A stretch of DNA of 64,000 nucleotides. Source: Sphagnum compactum. Its lineage: Eukaryota. The position numbers and the translations under genes were made by a program. Where the stretch lies: contig OZ234493.1 of the NCBI GenBank assembly GCA_965153455.1, positions 6,314,213 through 6,378,212 of the forward strand. The letters are read 5' to 3'. Shown here one piece after another: positions 15,300 to 26,602 of the stretch. Below the pieces are notes generated by a model. The model had not been told where the DNA came from. It searched no databases and was given only the letters and a program-made list of their open reading frames with translations. Within the stretch, counting starts at the first letter, position 1. Each line of letters begins with the position of its first letter.

Positions 15300-16340
15300 A
15301 CAAACAAAGAAGGGCAGGAACTATGTGCCTGCCAGGGGGCAAGGAATATCTATGGAAGTACAGTACACAACATGCATCATATGCACTGGAAGAAGCATGA
15401 GACTGTAAGGTTAGGCTGTGACAATTTCCCCAAGGAGAAGATCAAAGAGATGGGTGAACAGCTTGAGAGGCTTAGTGGGGGCACTGTGATTGACATTCAT
15501 GAGGCCAAGACTATCATTTTGTGGCAAGGCTGAAATTACAAGCGGCCGAGAAAGACATTCCAGAGGTTTTCAAGTATTTCAACAAGCAGAAGGGTGGATG
15601 TGTTTTCATCATTGCAGAGTCTTTGAAACTTGTAGGTCTCTCACAGGCAGAGTAGATTTTCTGGCTTACTAGTTCAACAATCTGCCTAGACAATAAAACT
15701 TTGGGTTCAGATTTTGGGGTTTATGGTGACAGGCATTGTTGAAATCTAAGCATGATCAAGCAATAAATTTGTTGTTGTAGGAGAACATTCCAAGATGGGA
15801 GAAAGACCTCAAGGATTTAGGGCTGATATGGACAGTAAGAAAGCCGCTGATGCTCACTGGGCTGCAGAGAATCCAGGTGTTCCAGATCCCAAACCAGCAT
15901 TTCAACAAGTTATCAGCAACAAAGCTATGAGCACATTCCAGATGATGATGAGCTTTCAGATTCTGCTACCATCTATGATTCTGATGGGAAGGTGTTGCAA
16001 GAATCCACAGATCTGACTCTGAGAGCAACAGTGCTGCCATCTATGATCCTGATGGGGAGGAGTTGGGAGACTACACTGACTCTGACTCTGAGAGTGAGGG
16101 TGCTGTGTTGGATGAGGGACATGAGCTCCATGGTGAGAACTATGATCCTGTATCAGATTCTGAGCATGATGGCTATTATTGGGATGACTAGTATATTCTA
16201 GATGGTGAAGATGAGCCAAGATCTGAGAAAGAAGTATGTGTTCCCCCAAGGAGTGGAGCTGACCTGCACCAAAGAGAACTAAAGAGAACTCAATTATGAG
16301 CATCGAAGATTATGAAGCAGTTTGTGATCAAGCCTAAGTG
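15300..16340 (+). pseudogene. Pseudogene fragment of a single-CRM-domain (CRS1/YhbY) RNA-binding protein, CFM9/At3g27550-like
   Basis: Translates NMHHMHWKKHETVRLGCDNFPKEKIKEMGEQLERLSGGTVIDIHEAKTIILWQG, then an in-frame TGA where the conserved GRNY motif is expected (GGC TGA AAT TAC; CGA>TGA). A frameshifted D/S/E-rich second exon follows after TGTAG at 15780. No 5' exons found. Confidence 0.75.
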
Positions 16341-17279
16341 TTGTGAATATGGCTAGAGGTCCAAGGACTAGAGACTCCTTACATTTGACTTGGACAATCA
16401 ACTCTTGAATGAGTTTCATTCACTAGTGATACCAATTTAATAGAGACGGTGAACAGATGTGGTATCAGCTTCTTTGTAGTTTCTCACATTACAATGCTTC
16501 AACTGCATGCAGTTAATTAAGAAATACAGCACACAGGAGAAACAGGGTACTGAGTTTGAGTTGCAAAACTAGAAGATGAAACAAGATGTCCTTGAAAGCT
16601 GCTGTGTGTAGAAGCTCCTTTTTATTCCTGTAGAGGGATTAGTTCTTCAAGGACCAGATTGATCAAGGCACCTCCACATTGGAATCGCTCTCTTCAACAA
16701 GCAAGCTCCTGGTGGCTCAGGCAAGGAGATGATCATGAATCCAGCATCAACAACTCCTCCAGTGGCCTCTCTCTCATTCTTGCAAAACCCCCACCAGCAC
16801 ATGAAAAGGGCACATGCAAAGGACAAGAAAGAAGAGAAACACCATCAAGCAAGACATCATTGTGATTCCTGAGCTCATCCACTACGGTTCTTCTCATCAC
16901 TGCCTTCCCAGATCTGCAGGGACAGACAGTAGCTTCAAAAGGTCCTTGCAAAAACATGAGGAAAAGAGAACCCTAAGAACCCTGTGTATATGTGACGTAA
17001 AAGGGCAGGGGGGTGGGGAGTTTGCCGTTAGCATCATGGCTCTAATTATGCTTCATCATGCTCTGCAACTGCAATGCCAAGCAGCAGACTCTTCTGTGAG
17101 CCACAGTCGCAACCAAGTGCACACCAAAAAAAACTGCAGTGCCAGTGGCAGTGAAGCTGAGAGAGCCTGACGAAGAGCACAGCAGCAAAAGCACACTCGG
17201 ATAAGATCAAGTGGAGTTGTCAAAACCTCCTTTGCTGCCAGTTCATATACCTTTCGGCACAGCACCTGGGGCAAACACA

Positions 17280-17705
17280 GAAAGAGAGAGATTTCTAGGT
17301 TTGGAGGCAGGTGAGGTGTTATTCTGCTGGTCTTGTTGAGGACAATTGATTGTTGTGGAGATGGTAGTAGAAAGATTGGATGATGAGGGGAGCATCACAG
17401 TGGCATCAGGACTCCCGACAACCATTAACAAAACTCTTGATCTCTACAGTGGGAATGCTCAAGTGTCTAGATTCTTGCTGCACCAAGAGAGTGGGCACTG
17501 CTTGCACTCTCTTGTTTGTTTACTGTTGCTTGTTTTGTTAGCAAGAAACAACTGTAAATGAGATTGACAGGAAAGAAGACACAAACTAAGAAGAAGGTGC
17601 TGTACCATGCAGAGGCTTGCCCACAGAAGAAGGTGCTAGTTGAAGAACTACGGCACATGGAAGCGGAAATCATCAAGCAGTCCATCTACTCTTGCTGCCA
17701 AGAGT
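17280..17705 (+). pseudogene. Inverted, diverged partial duplicate of the RPC6 5' region (upstream sequence, exon 1, intron 1, exon 2)
   Basis: GTGGCATCAGGACTCCCGACAACCATTAACAAAACTCTTGA aligns to exon 1 ATGGCGTCACGACTGGGCGCAACCATCAACAAAATTCTTGA. CAGAAGAAGGTGCTAGTTGAAGAACTACGGCACATGGAAGCGGAAATCATCAAGCAGTC aligns to exon 2. The ATG is lost (GTG) and there are indels. Confidence 0.8.
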
Positions 17706-18078
17706 CATTTAACTCGTACATTTCTATCAACAACATGCAACTATGGTTCCTGCTTGAGGAATATAACCAATTGGAAACAGTATTGCGTCTCTTCTATTAT
17801 CAATCAATCTTGCAAAATTGTGGTCCTCATGTGTAATCATTACAAGCAAAGACAACTACACTAGTTCATAATGTGAGGATTTGGCACCCAAAGACAACTC
17901 TGTTTGTTTAAGCAGATCTTCTCTCTGAAATAGTTGACAGTCAGGGTTTGATGGATGTTAAGAGTTTCTGCTTTCCAGACTCTCTATGTTCCTGGGTTTG
18001 AAGCTTGATTCTGGAAATGTGGCCCAGAGAGAGACAGAGAGACAGTGAGAGACAGAGATGGCAGAAAGATACAGTCAC

Positions 18079-20916
18079 CTAAAATGTGAGCCAGTCTTTA
18101 AAGTAAATACATGTCTGTGGTGATATGAGACCATCAGGTCGGCATTCACGCAGAACCTGCAGGCAACAATACAGAACTGTCCCTTTCAACTCTTTGTCCA
18201 CAATTCTAGAGATTGGAAAATGATGTCTGTAAGAGATGTTCTCAAAATTGGGGAAAAGCCATTGAAACAGAAAAGTGAATACGCAATGCAATTGAAGGTT
18301 TGCATAAGGTACCGGGCAGATGCCACAAGGAACACTTGTGAGAGCTGATGTCTCTGGTATTCGAGATCGGGATGCCCTGTAACACACGGTTTCCTACAAC
18401 GATAATGAACATGAATTGGCAGATTGTTAGTACTGGATTCAAATGGAATCACAGTGTAGCCTCTTACAAAGATTTGACTAACAGGGATCATTGGTGTACA
18501 AAGCTTACAGGAGCATGTGAGCTTGAAGGTGCACCACCCACTACTTCCTCAATGTCCCCATCCAGTACTAGAGTGTCCAAAATCTGAGAACAAACAGTAA
18601 GGACAAACACAGTGAAAACAGAGAAGGATCACATATATTGAAAAGGAAAATGGATCTATAACCGTCAGAGTACTGGGCCAGTACGAAGCTGCTACCAAGT
18701 TTTCATTCAGAGAAAAAAGTTCTTCTAACGAGGATGGGTGAGGCAATAGCCAGATTGTTGAGAAAGGTGAACACAAAACTGACAAAGGACAGACCTAAGG
18801 GAGAGAGAAAGAGGGGAGGTACTGAATCTGACCTGTTTGAACTCTTCCAGTCGCAGCTCAACTTGAGTGATACCAGACTTGCGAACAGATTCTGCAACAT
18901 CCTCCAGAGAGGCCAATCCCTACAAGCACAGACATTGTGACCCTGCAATCAGATCCCACTCATCCATGAGATCCCTATTCATCAAGTACTTGGCACCTGT
19001 TCCAAACATAGTTTAGAACCAGTTTGGGTACAGTTTGTGGGACCTGATTAGCATAATCAACAATTGGGAAGATACCAGATAAGTTCAGGCAGGCATATTA
19101 ATCCTTCCCGGACAACTGTACTAATTTCAGAACCCAAAACCTGCTGAAAGATCCAAAATTCATGCAACCTACAAGTTGTGGATGCTTGCAAGAGGAACAG
19201 GCAACTGTTTTGCATTGCAGCAAGGAGTGACAGGGCATGCCTGCTTCAGGATGAAATGCAAGCATTGCTGTTTGACAACATCTACAAACTCTGCATCATA
19301 GTCCTGCTCGGTGTACCATGCACCGCCTGTCACCTCCCGGGAAGGGTCCAACTCAAATAGCATGTAGACCTTCCGATTCTTATTCTGCAGCAAGAAATTT
19401 TGCAACCAAGCGTGATTCTCAATGACCTCATGCCATGCTCCAAAGATGTAGAGGATTCACATATTGCATGATATGTTTAGAACGCATTGCAGCTCAAAAT
19501 ATGCACAGAATTACAATCACAGGTATCAGAATCCCTGGAAGTTATTCAAGTGAGTTTAAACCAACCCTGAACAGATATCAAAAGTCTGCAGTGATAGAAG
19601 AAAGGAATTACAGAAACAGTCTTGACTGGTTTCACCAAGCTTCGGCTCTCCAAATTCTTCAGAGCCTTGTTTACTTGCAGCTGTTGAAGATTCGTTCTCT
19701 TCTTCAAATCAGCTGTCCAGATGCCTATACAGCCCCCACAAGGATACAGAAGTATATTTAGCATCCATGCTGACAGGTCTTACAATGAAACTACATATCA
19801 ACGTCCTCAGAGGTGTGAATATACCTGTATTTGCAGCCTGTTGAATGGCTTGATAAACCAGCATGTCTTCTGAAGTTAAGCCCTTGAACCTGCACATATC
19901 AATGTGTCATCACTATGGATAGAGTGTTCAAGAACAAAAAATGCATCCCACTAGAGAAATTGGAGCTCCAAAGATGATCTTTACGCAAATCCAAAACTGA
20001 AGAAAGTAATATACTTTGCAGCTGCTTCAGTGTCTTGCTCCCTGTACACAATTGATTCTCCTTGCATAAACACTTGCAATTTTTGCTGCAACCCCACACT
20101 ATTCAACCACGTTAACATGTGTCTAAATCTGCTTACCACATCATCTATCATGGAACATCCTTAGACTCATCAATTCCAAGTCTTCCAGGAAAAAAAGCTT
20201 CAATCCCAGAACACAGGATTTTGGAAAGGTGGAACTCAACATTCATTGAACTGCAAATAGTCACAACTCTTGCAGAGAGGAGAAGAAAATCTGCTTCAAC
20301 AATACAAAATTGTCTCTACACACCACATTTTCACATTCTGAACTATTTGTCATCATTTGTAATGATGACACAGAAAGGATCAAGGTTTTGCAAGCTTGAA
20401 TCGCTGATAAAAACAATGCCAAGGCACATACAACCCACTCATGCTGTTTTCCCAATGGGTTATGTTTCTCAAGTAGCTGCTATGATTTTGGTGCTGCAAA
20501 GAGAGATATGCCTTTTCAGCTTCTAAGCTCAGCAGCTCCATTGCGTCCAGATATGGTCAGAAGCACACAGTGATTCATTCAAACAGAGAAAGCGTTTACT
20601 CATATGGCACCTTTTGTAGCAAGAAGTTGAGCGACTGCTTCATAATTTCCACTTCCACGTCCTGCAGTTCTTCATCTAGCACCTTCTGCGGCAAGCCCTG
20701 CACATATCACCTTCTCCTTATTCTCACTGATTTTTCTTCTTTTCTGTCGTTCGCCGTGCCACTCTTGCCAAAAAAAAATAACAAACGACAAACAAAGACA
20801 AGGGCAAGGAGTAGTGCCGCAAGCCCACGCGCTTGGTGCAAGACGGCAATCACCTGAGAATGCGCACGACAAAGGTCAAGAATTTTGTTGATGGTTGCGC
20901 CCAGTCGTGACGCCAT
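18079..20916 (-). CDS. RPC6: DNA-directed RNA polymerase III subunit RPC6 (C34/POLR3F), 287 aa. Exons 20916-20854, 20697-20611, 20085-20015, 19889-19825, 19724-19612, 19384-19241, 18919-18833, 18583-18509, 18393-18313, 18156-18079
   Basis: All exon phases join into one 864-nt ORF. Hallmark motifs: LVYQAIQQAANTGIWTADLKKRTNL, KNRKVYMLFELDPSREVTGGAWY, and C-terminal PCGICPVLRECRPDGLISPQTCIYFKDWL. Confidence 0.95.
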
Positions 20917-21208
20917 GGTGACCCCTGTCTCCTAATCACCACGCACTACAAATCCAATCCTTCCACCACACCACGCACTCTTCACAATACCCAAGCTTTC
21001 TCAACGACAAGAATTTTGCTGATGGTTGCGCCCCAGTCTTGACGCCATAGTTGGTGACTCTCTTCTAAGTACGACAAATTTCACTGCACTGACCATAGTA
21101 AACAAAATCCGATCCTTTCTCCCACCACAATCTCCACAAACACCCAATCTTTCTGAACGAAAGCTGAACAGTAAGTACCTCGCGTCTTTCCAAACCCTAG
21201 AAAGCATT

Positions 21209-21240
<32 letters not shown>

Positions 21241-21667
21241 GCTCAGAGCGCCAAACCCTAACCCTAGCGTGATCGTGTTCTTCCTAAACCTCAGGCAGAG
21301 CGCCAAATCGTAACCCTAGCGTTATCGTGTTTAGGGAGAGATGTGAGGGAAAAGAACAGAGAGATGGACAGGAATTGTTGTGAAGCAATTGCAAACACGC
21401 TGCAAAGGAAATTGAGCTTGATGGCAAGAGCGCAAGGAACTTGGCATGGAATCTGCTTTCTACCAGGGTCTGCATCTCTCCCTCCCTAAACCCTAAACCA
21501 AAATTTACACGGAGCACAAGGAACTTTGTACAAGGTGCTTTGGAGATGCAGCCAAAGGATTTGAGTTTTCTTTACTGGTCGGGTAGTCGGGTTGCAGTTG
21601 GATCCACAGGTCACATTCTGCTTGTGTCCACATTTGCTTCCTGTGTGTGATGACCATTTTTCTTTGG

Positions 21668-21709
<42 letters not shown>

Positions 21710-21900
21710 CTGTGGTAGGGGGCGTGCAAAATGTTGAGAAACAAATGCCTGTTTGGTTTTGCTCTCCTTCGCACAGCCATGTAGGATGCATGATATTGTG
21801 AGAAGGTGGTTGTCTTATTTTTGTGATTTACTACTGCAGCATTGGTGGTCTTCTGTGGGTATTTCAGCATTCTAAACCTTAGATCCTTTGATTGCTTTAT
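20917..21900. promoter_or_regulatory. Short bidirectional promoter/5' UTR region shared by RPC6 and TyrA, with telo-boxes (AAACCCTA at 21192, 21253, 21488) and (CT)n tracts (~21208-21240, ~21670-21707)
   Basis: Head-to-head gene orientation and the motifs are seen directly. Regulatory function is inferred from known plant telo-box and GAGA elements. Confidence 0.6.
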
Positions 21901-21959
21901 CATGTTGCAGTGGCTCTGCATCGAATTTGCTGGCCCACTCCTCTTCCACTGCAGTGACT

Positions 21960-24900
21960 ATGTATGGAATGACATGTTGCACCAAGAACACACTGCAGCA
22001 ACTGAGCTGGAAATTGTCCTCCCAAAGCTTGTGTCAGGATGTTGTCCTGCACACGAAAATCAAGGTTCCCAGAAAGAGAAGCAGCAGTCTGGAGGTTGCT
22101 GCAATTGATGCAGCTCAATCATTTGACTATGAGTCCCTGCGGATGGAAGAACTGCAATCTGGAAACAAGTTGAAGATTGGCATTGTGGGTTTTGGAAACT
22201 TTGGACAGTTTCTTGCACAACGAATGATCAGTCAAGGGCACAAGGTGCTAGCCTACTCTCGCACTGATTATAAAGATGTTGCACACACTATGGGCGTCCC
22301 ATTCTTCAGGTATGGTTCTAAATTCATAGGCACTGTTAGATGATATCTGAGCAATCTGAGCTCATTTGTGCAGATTCCAAGGTGGATGGTTCGGGGCAAC
22401 TGTAAACCCTGCATGTAGTGAGTGGTGATCCAGCAAAGAATGTGCTGGAACATCTAAGGTACATTGGGGAGAAGTTGTGCGGAGCATGTTAAAGGCTACT
22501 CATTGTTACGTTCATTGCCTTTTCTCCAAAGTGCTTAATGTAGGTCCAAATACCCACACTGCATAATACTAAGTTGTTCTGCCTCTGTAATTCATGTGCA
22601 GACTTGGCACTAACTCTCCACACACCATTTAAAATGGCAGGGATGCTGATGACTTCTGTGAGGAACATCCAGAAGTAGTCCTGCTCTGCACCTCCATTCT
22701 TTCAACAGAAAATGTGCTGAAGCTGCTACCGGTACAACGGCTGAAGCGCAACACCCTCTTTGTGGATGTCCTCTCTGTAAAGGAGTTCCCCCAAAAGCTT
22801 TTTCTCCAGGTGAGGAGTATTCATGGGAACCTTTTGTAAGGGTTTCTTGGGACTTACCCCACCCAAAAGATCCATTCTTATTCCTTACACTCACAGTTAC
22901 ATCTTGTGGATTCATTAGTTCAACTGAAGGTTACACTGAATTTTTTTGTGGCTTGTTGAATTGATGGTTTTATGAGGTAGGAAGAAAATGCGTGGAGGTC
23001 ATTCATGAGAGAGGTGGTCTAATTTTGTGAGGAAGTTTATACTAATTTAAAGTTTCTGTGTTTATGTACACTGGTATAATCTGTTTGCAGACACCGAAGC
23101 TAAGGAGCTGGTTGTCATGATGGCAGGTGTTGCCCCAAGAGTTTGACGTGCTCTGCACACACCCTATGTTTGGTCCAGAGAGTGGAAAATCAAGTTGGGT
23201 TGGCCTTCCTTTTGTTTATGACAAAGTGCGCATTGGTGGAGGCTCACGCTTGGAGCGGTGTGATAAATTTCTTAACATTTTTGGGAGTGAGGTATGAAGC
23301 TTCATTATGAGATCTAGTTAAAGGATGGGCAATAACTATTGATGTTGGTGTCACCAAATAGTATGTGTTTGAAACAGGCAGAGCACATGTGTATATTAGA
23401 CTCAATGATGGTGAGAGGTGCTTGTTTCTGGGACCCAGAACGATAGGAAACATCCATTCTGATTACAGATGCTTACAAAGGTTGGCACCAAGGCTAGTGT
23501 CTTAAGTTTGTGATGATATTCATCAGCATTCCTACTGAACAGGTTTGTATTGCACTCAAGGTGAACTCTGAAGATTGTTTAGCCTCACAATTTACCCTTA
23601 TTGTTAGAGGGTAAAGAATGAGGATAAACGATGTGGACAGAAGTTGATGACTCCTGGCTTCAATATCCTCAGATTCCGAATTCTTGAGTCTGCACACTCT
23701 GAGGATGTCAAGCTCTGGTTCAAAGGAATGAATGAAAGGCATTAAGGGCATCAATGCTTCTCAGACCTTCCATTGCTGGATATATGTACAAAATAGAAGT
23801 TCTTGAATGGAAGCTGAAGATTTTAGATATGGATCATTATTGAGGCATGTTTTCCTGTATGTGAACAGGGTTGTCGCATGGTTGAGATGTCATGTGCTGA
23901 GCATGACAGGTATGCAGCTGGGAGCCAATTCATCACTCACACTGTTGGAAGGTTTGTATCATATACCCCATGAAATTTGGGAGTCTCATGACTGTCCATA
24001 TGCTGCCATAGTTTTAGGGCCACATGGGTGCAATCAGGAGGGTTTTGGCAGAATATTGTGGATTGGAGTCATGGTTCAATCAATAAGTGTTGTGCTTGGA
24101 GCAGACCATTTACTGCTTCTTCACCAGGAAGAGGACCCAAATGATGGGAGGAATTGGAAGGGAATAAACAAAGGAGGAATGATGGAAGAAGCTGTACACT
24201 GTCCTCTGGAAGTCACAATTTCAGATATTTAGTACCTTGTAGGAATAGAAGAATGAGTTAGAAATCCCTACCAAACTTCCTTAGCATGAGCAATATCAGG
24301 TTGGTTAACAGTAGCCCTCAAGTCTGACCTATTTTGCATCTCATTTTCTTTTTTTCTTTTAGACAGAACATTTGCACCTGTTATGACGATTCATATCTCA
24401 CTGGTGTATTACTCACAATGTATATCCTTACAGGGTGCTTGGCAAGTTGGCACTTGAATCGACTCCAATCAACACCAAGGGTTATGAGACTTTGTTGGGG
24501 CTGGTATGTTTCCCATAACATTTGAAGTTGAATGAACACATCCAATTAGGTGATTTCTATGGTTGGAGGAAAAGATGCTAGAAAAGATGGAACTGTCATG
24601 CCAGGGATCATGGTTTTCAATACTAGTAAGGTGCAAAGACAAAGAATGATGCACAAGGACAAAGCCTTGAAGGAGAAGGAGTGAAAAGCACATCCATGAA
24701 GCACCTGGCATTGAAGAAAGATCTGTTGTGAAAGATGATCCAATTACATATGCGATTAGATCATGGGACTGTAGTAGTGGTTTGTCAGGTTGACAGCTGA
24801 GAGGGTGCTTGTTTTGTGGAGCCCCAATGTGGCTTATGATATGTAGGGAAAATGGGTGACCAGGTGGAGAATACAAAAGGTGACAGCTTCGAACTCTACT

Positions 24901-25572
24901 ATGGACTTTTTATGTACAATCAGAATGCTACAGAGGAGGTAACTTTGGTGTACTCTCTGTCTCCTTGCAAGTTAGTTGGATATGTCCACCTTGGAGTTTT
25001 GTGTGATTTGTTTCACAATCTTCGGATGTGAACATTTGCCAATTTGAGTTCCTGTGGCCGTTGGATACTGGAATTCTCCAAAAAGACTAGAGACATCCAG
25101 CATTGCCTGCTGCTTCCTTGTGACTCTAGAATTTACAGCCAGTATATGGAGCAAATTCTACAATTCATAGGATAAAAGTAGTTGAAGAGGAATAGAACAT
25201 CTTCATACCTGCCCTTTTTTGCCTCCTGCAGACCCTGTGGGCTGTTGACAGTAGCTTTGTTGTAATTAATGCACAAAATGAAGAATCTTTTTTTCTTAGG
25301 CACAGATCCTGTATGTTGTGCAGTTAGAGAGGCTGGAGCTTGCATTTGACTCTATCAAAAAGCAGCTGTTTGGCCGGCTTCATGATGTCTTGAGGCAGCA
25401 GCTATTTGAAGGTGTTGGTATGAAGGATGGCAAATCACTACCCAACATTGTTGAGGATGCAGCTCATAAGTCTACTGACTTTGCAACAGCAGCCAGCAAT
25501 GTTGTTGCACATTCCAAGGCAACCACCAATAGAAGTTCCAAGAGAAGTGGTGATGACAATGGTTCTTCTTGA
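21960..25572 (+). CDS. TyrA: Arogenate dehydrogenase (TyrA family), probably plastid-targeted. Exons (21960 or upstream)-22309, 22641-22809, 23127-23291, 23869-23951, 24434-24503, 24864-24938, 25324-25572. The true start may lie in an upstream exon spliced to the acceptor at 21910
   Basis: AIDAAQSFDYE, Rossmann motif KIGIVGFGNFGQF, DVLSVKEFP, CTHPMFGPESGK, EHDRYAAGSQFITHTVGR, STPINTKGYE, GDSFELYYGLFMYN. All introns are GT-AG and in phase. Confidence 0.93.
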
Positions 25573-25929
25573 GACTTAGCAAGAATTGGAAGAAGAGCCA
25601 GAGTTCCATGCTGTGTCATGTACCCAACAAGGTGTTGGTTAGAGCTGGAAATTTATGTGGGTCAACTTTTGCAAGAGCATGAAAAAGAGAGACAGAGAAA
25701 GGAGGAAACTGCACCCAGCACTTGCAGGGTTGTGACATATCAGAGTTCAAGAGATGTTCTGTGGGTACCTGTCATATCCTGTGATTATTTGGTATCTGCT
25801 GAATGAGATGGTGGTTACACTGCTATGTGGTACTTAATGACTTAGTTACCCTTTACCCTCCATACATGCTTGCATATTTGCTGTTGTTCAAACTCCTCAG
25901 TTTTTGTCTTGTTTCATCTGCTCCAGTGC

Positions 25930-26235
25930 TGGGTTTTCTCTTGTTCCTGATATGTTCCTTATGTGTTAACAGATCTGACCCCTGTTTGATTTTGTTTCTT
26001 TGTTTGGTAGGGCCAGGTCTCCTCTTGTTTGAGATTTTGTTTCTCAAATGTTGTCAGATCTGAAATTTATTTTGTTTTGTTTTCTCTGTACTATAGTGCC
26101 GGTTCTTCTCTGTTTCCTGATATGTTGCTTCTATGTTGTCAGATCTGAAATCTTTCCTGTTGTGCTTTCTCTGCTGTTGGGACTGGTCCTTTTTAGTGAT
26201 ATGTTGCCTATACATCATCAGATCTAAAATCTCAA
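25930..26235. repeat. Four diverged ~84-bp tandem units, each carrying the (near-)palindrome (T)CAGATCTGA
   Basis: CAGATCT(G/A)A at ~25969, 26055, 26140 and 26219, each preceded by a GATATGTT-like motif. Confidence 0.6.
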
Positions 26236-26602
26236 TAACCTTATGTCTCATAGAAGAATCACTAACAAGTACTATGGGTATGACTATTGATGTCATTAAA
26301 TTCCCCTTATGTACATTTGCACAAAAGAAATCTGAACTTCAAATGTTTAACTTGTAAGAGCATCTCTACTATCAGACAACATAACATGTTTTGGATGAAG
26401 AACAGTAACAATTATGTCAGTTTGGGACAGTAAAACGGTTTTCGGTTAACATTTGTGGCGTATGATGCTTTAGCTGGCATAAGGCATTGCATAGTAACTC
26501 CTGTTTGTTGATTGGTGAGATTGAATGATTGGTTCAAGTGACTTGCTGTTAATGGTCTCCCCGCCTTTTATAATCCCAGTGTTTATGGAAGTATGCTGGA
26601 AT

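Noticed and set aside
23494..23830. Coding-looking antisense segment in TyrA intron 3 (possible captured gene fragment)
   Set aside because: No family could be assigned confidently by eye.
25803..25880. Cyclin-C-like snippet (LNDLVTLYPPYMLA)
   Set aside because: Too short, with no supporting exons; may be chance similarity.
25930..26235. CRISPR-like appearance (palindromic motif at regular spacing)
   Set aside because: The spacers are homologous to each other, the repeats are degenerate, the context is eukaryotic and there are no cas genes.
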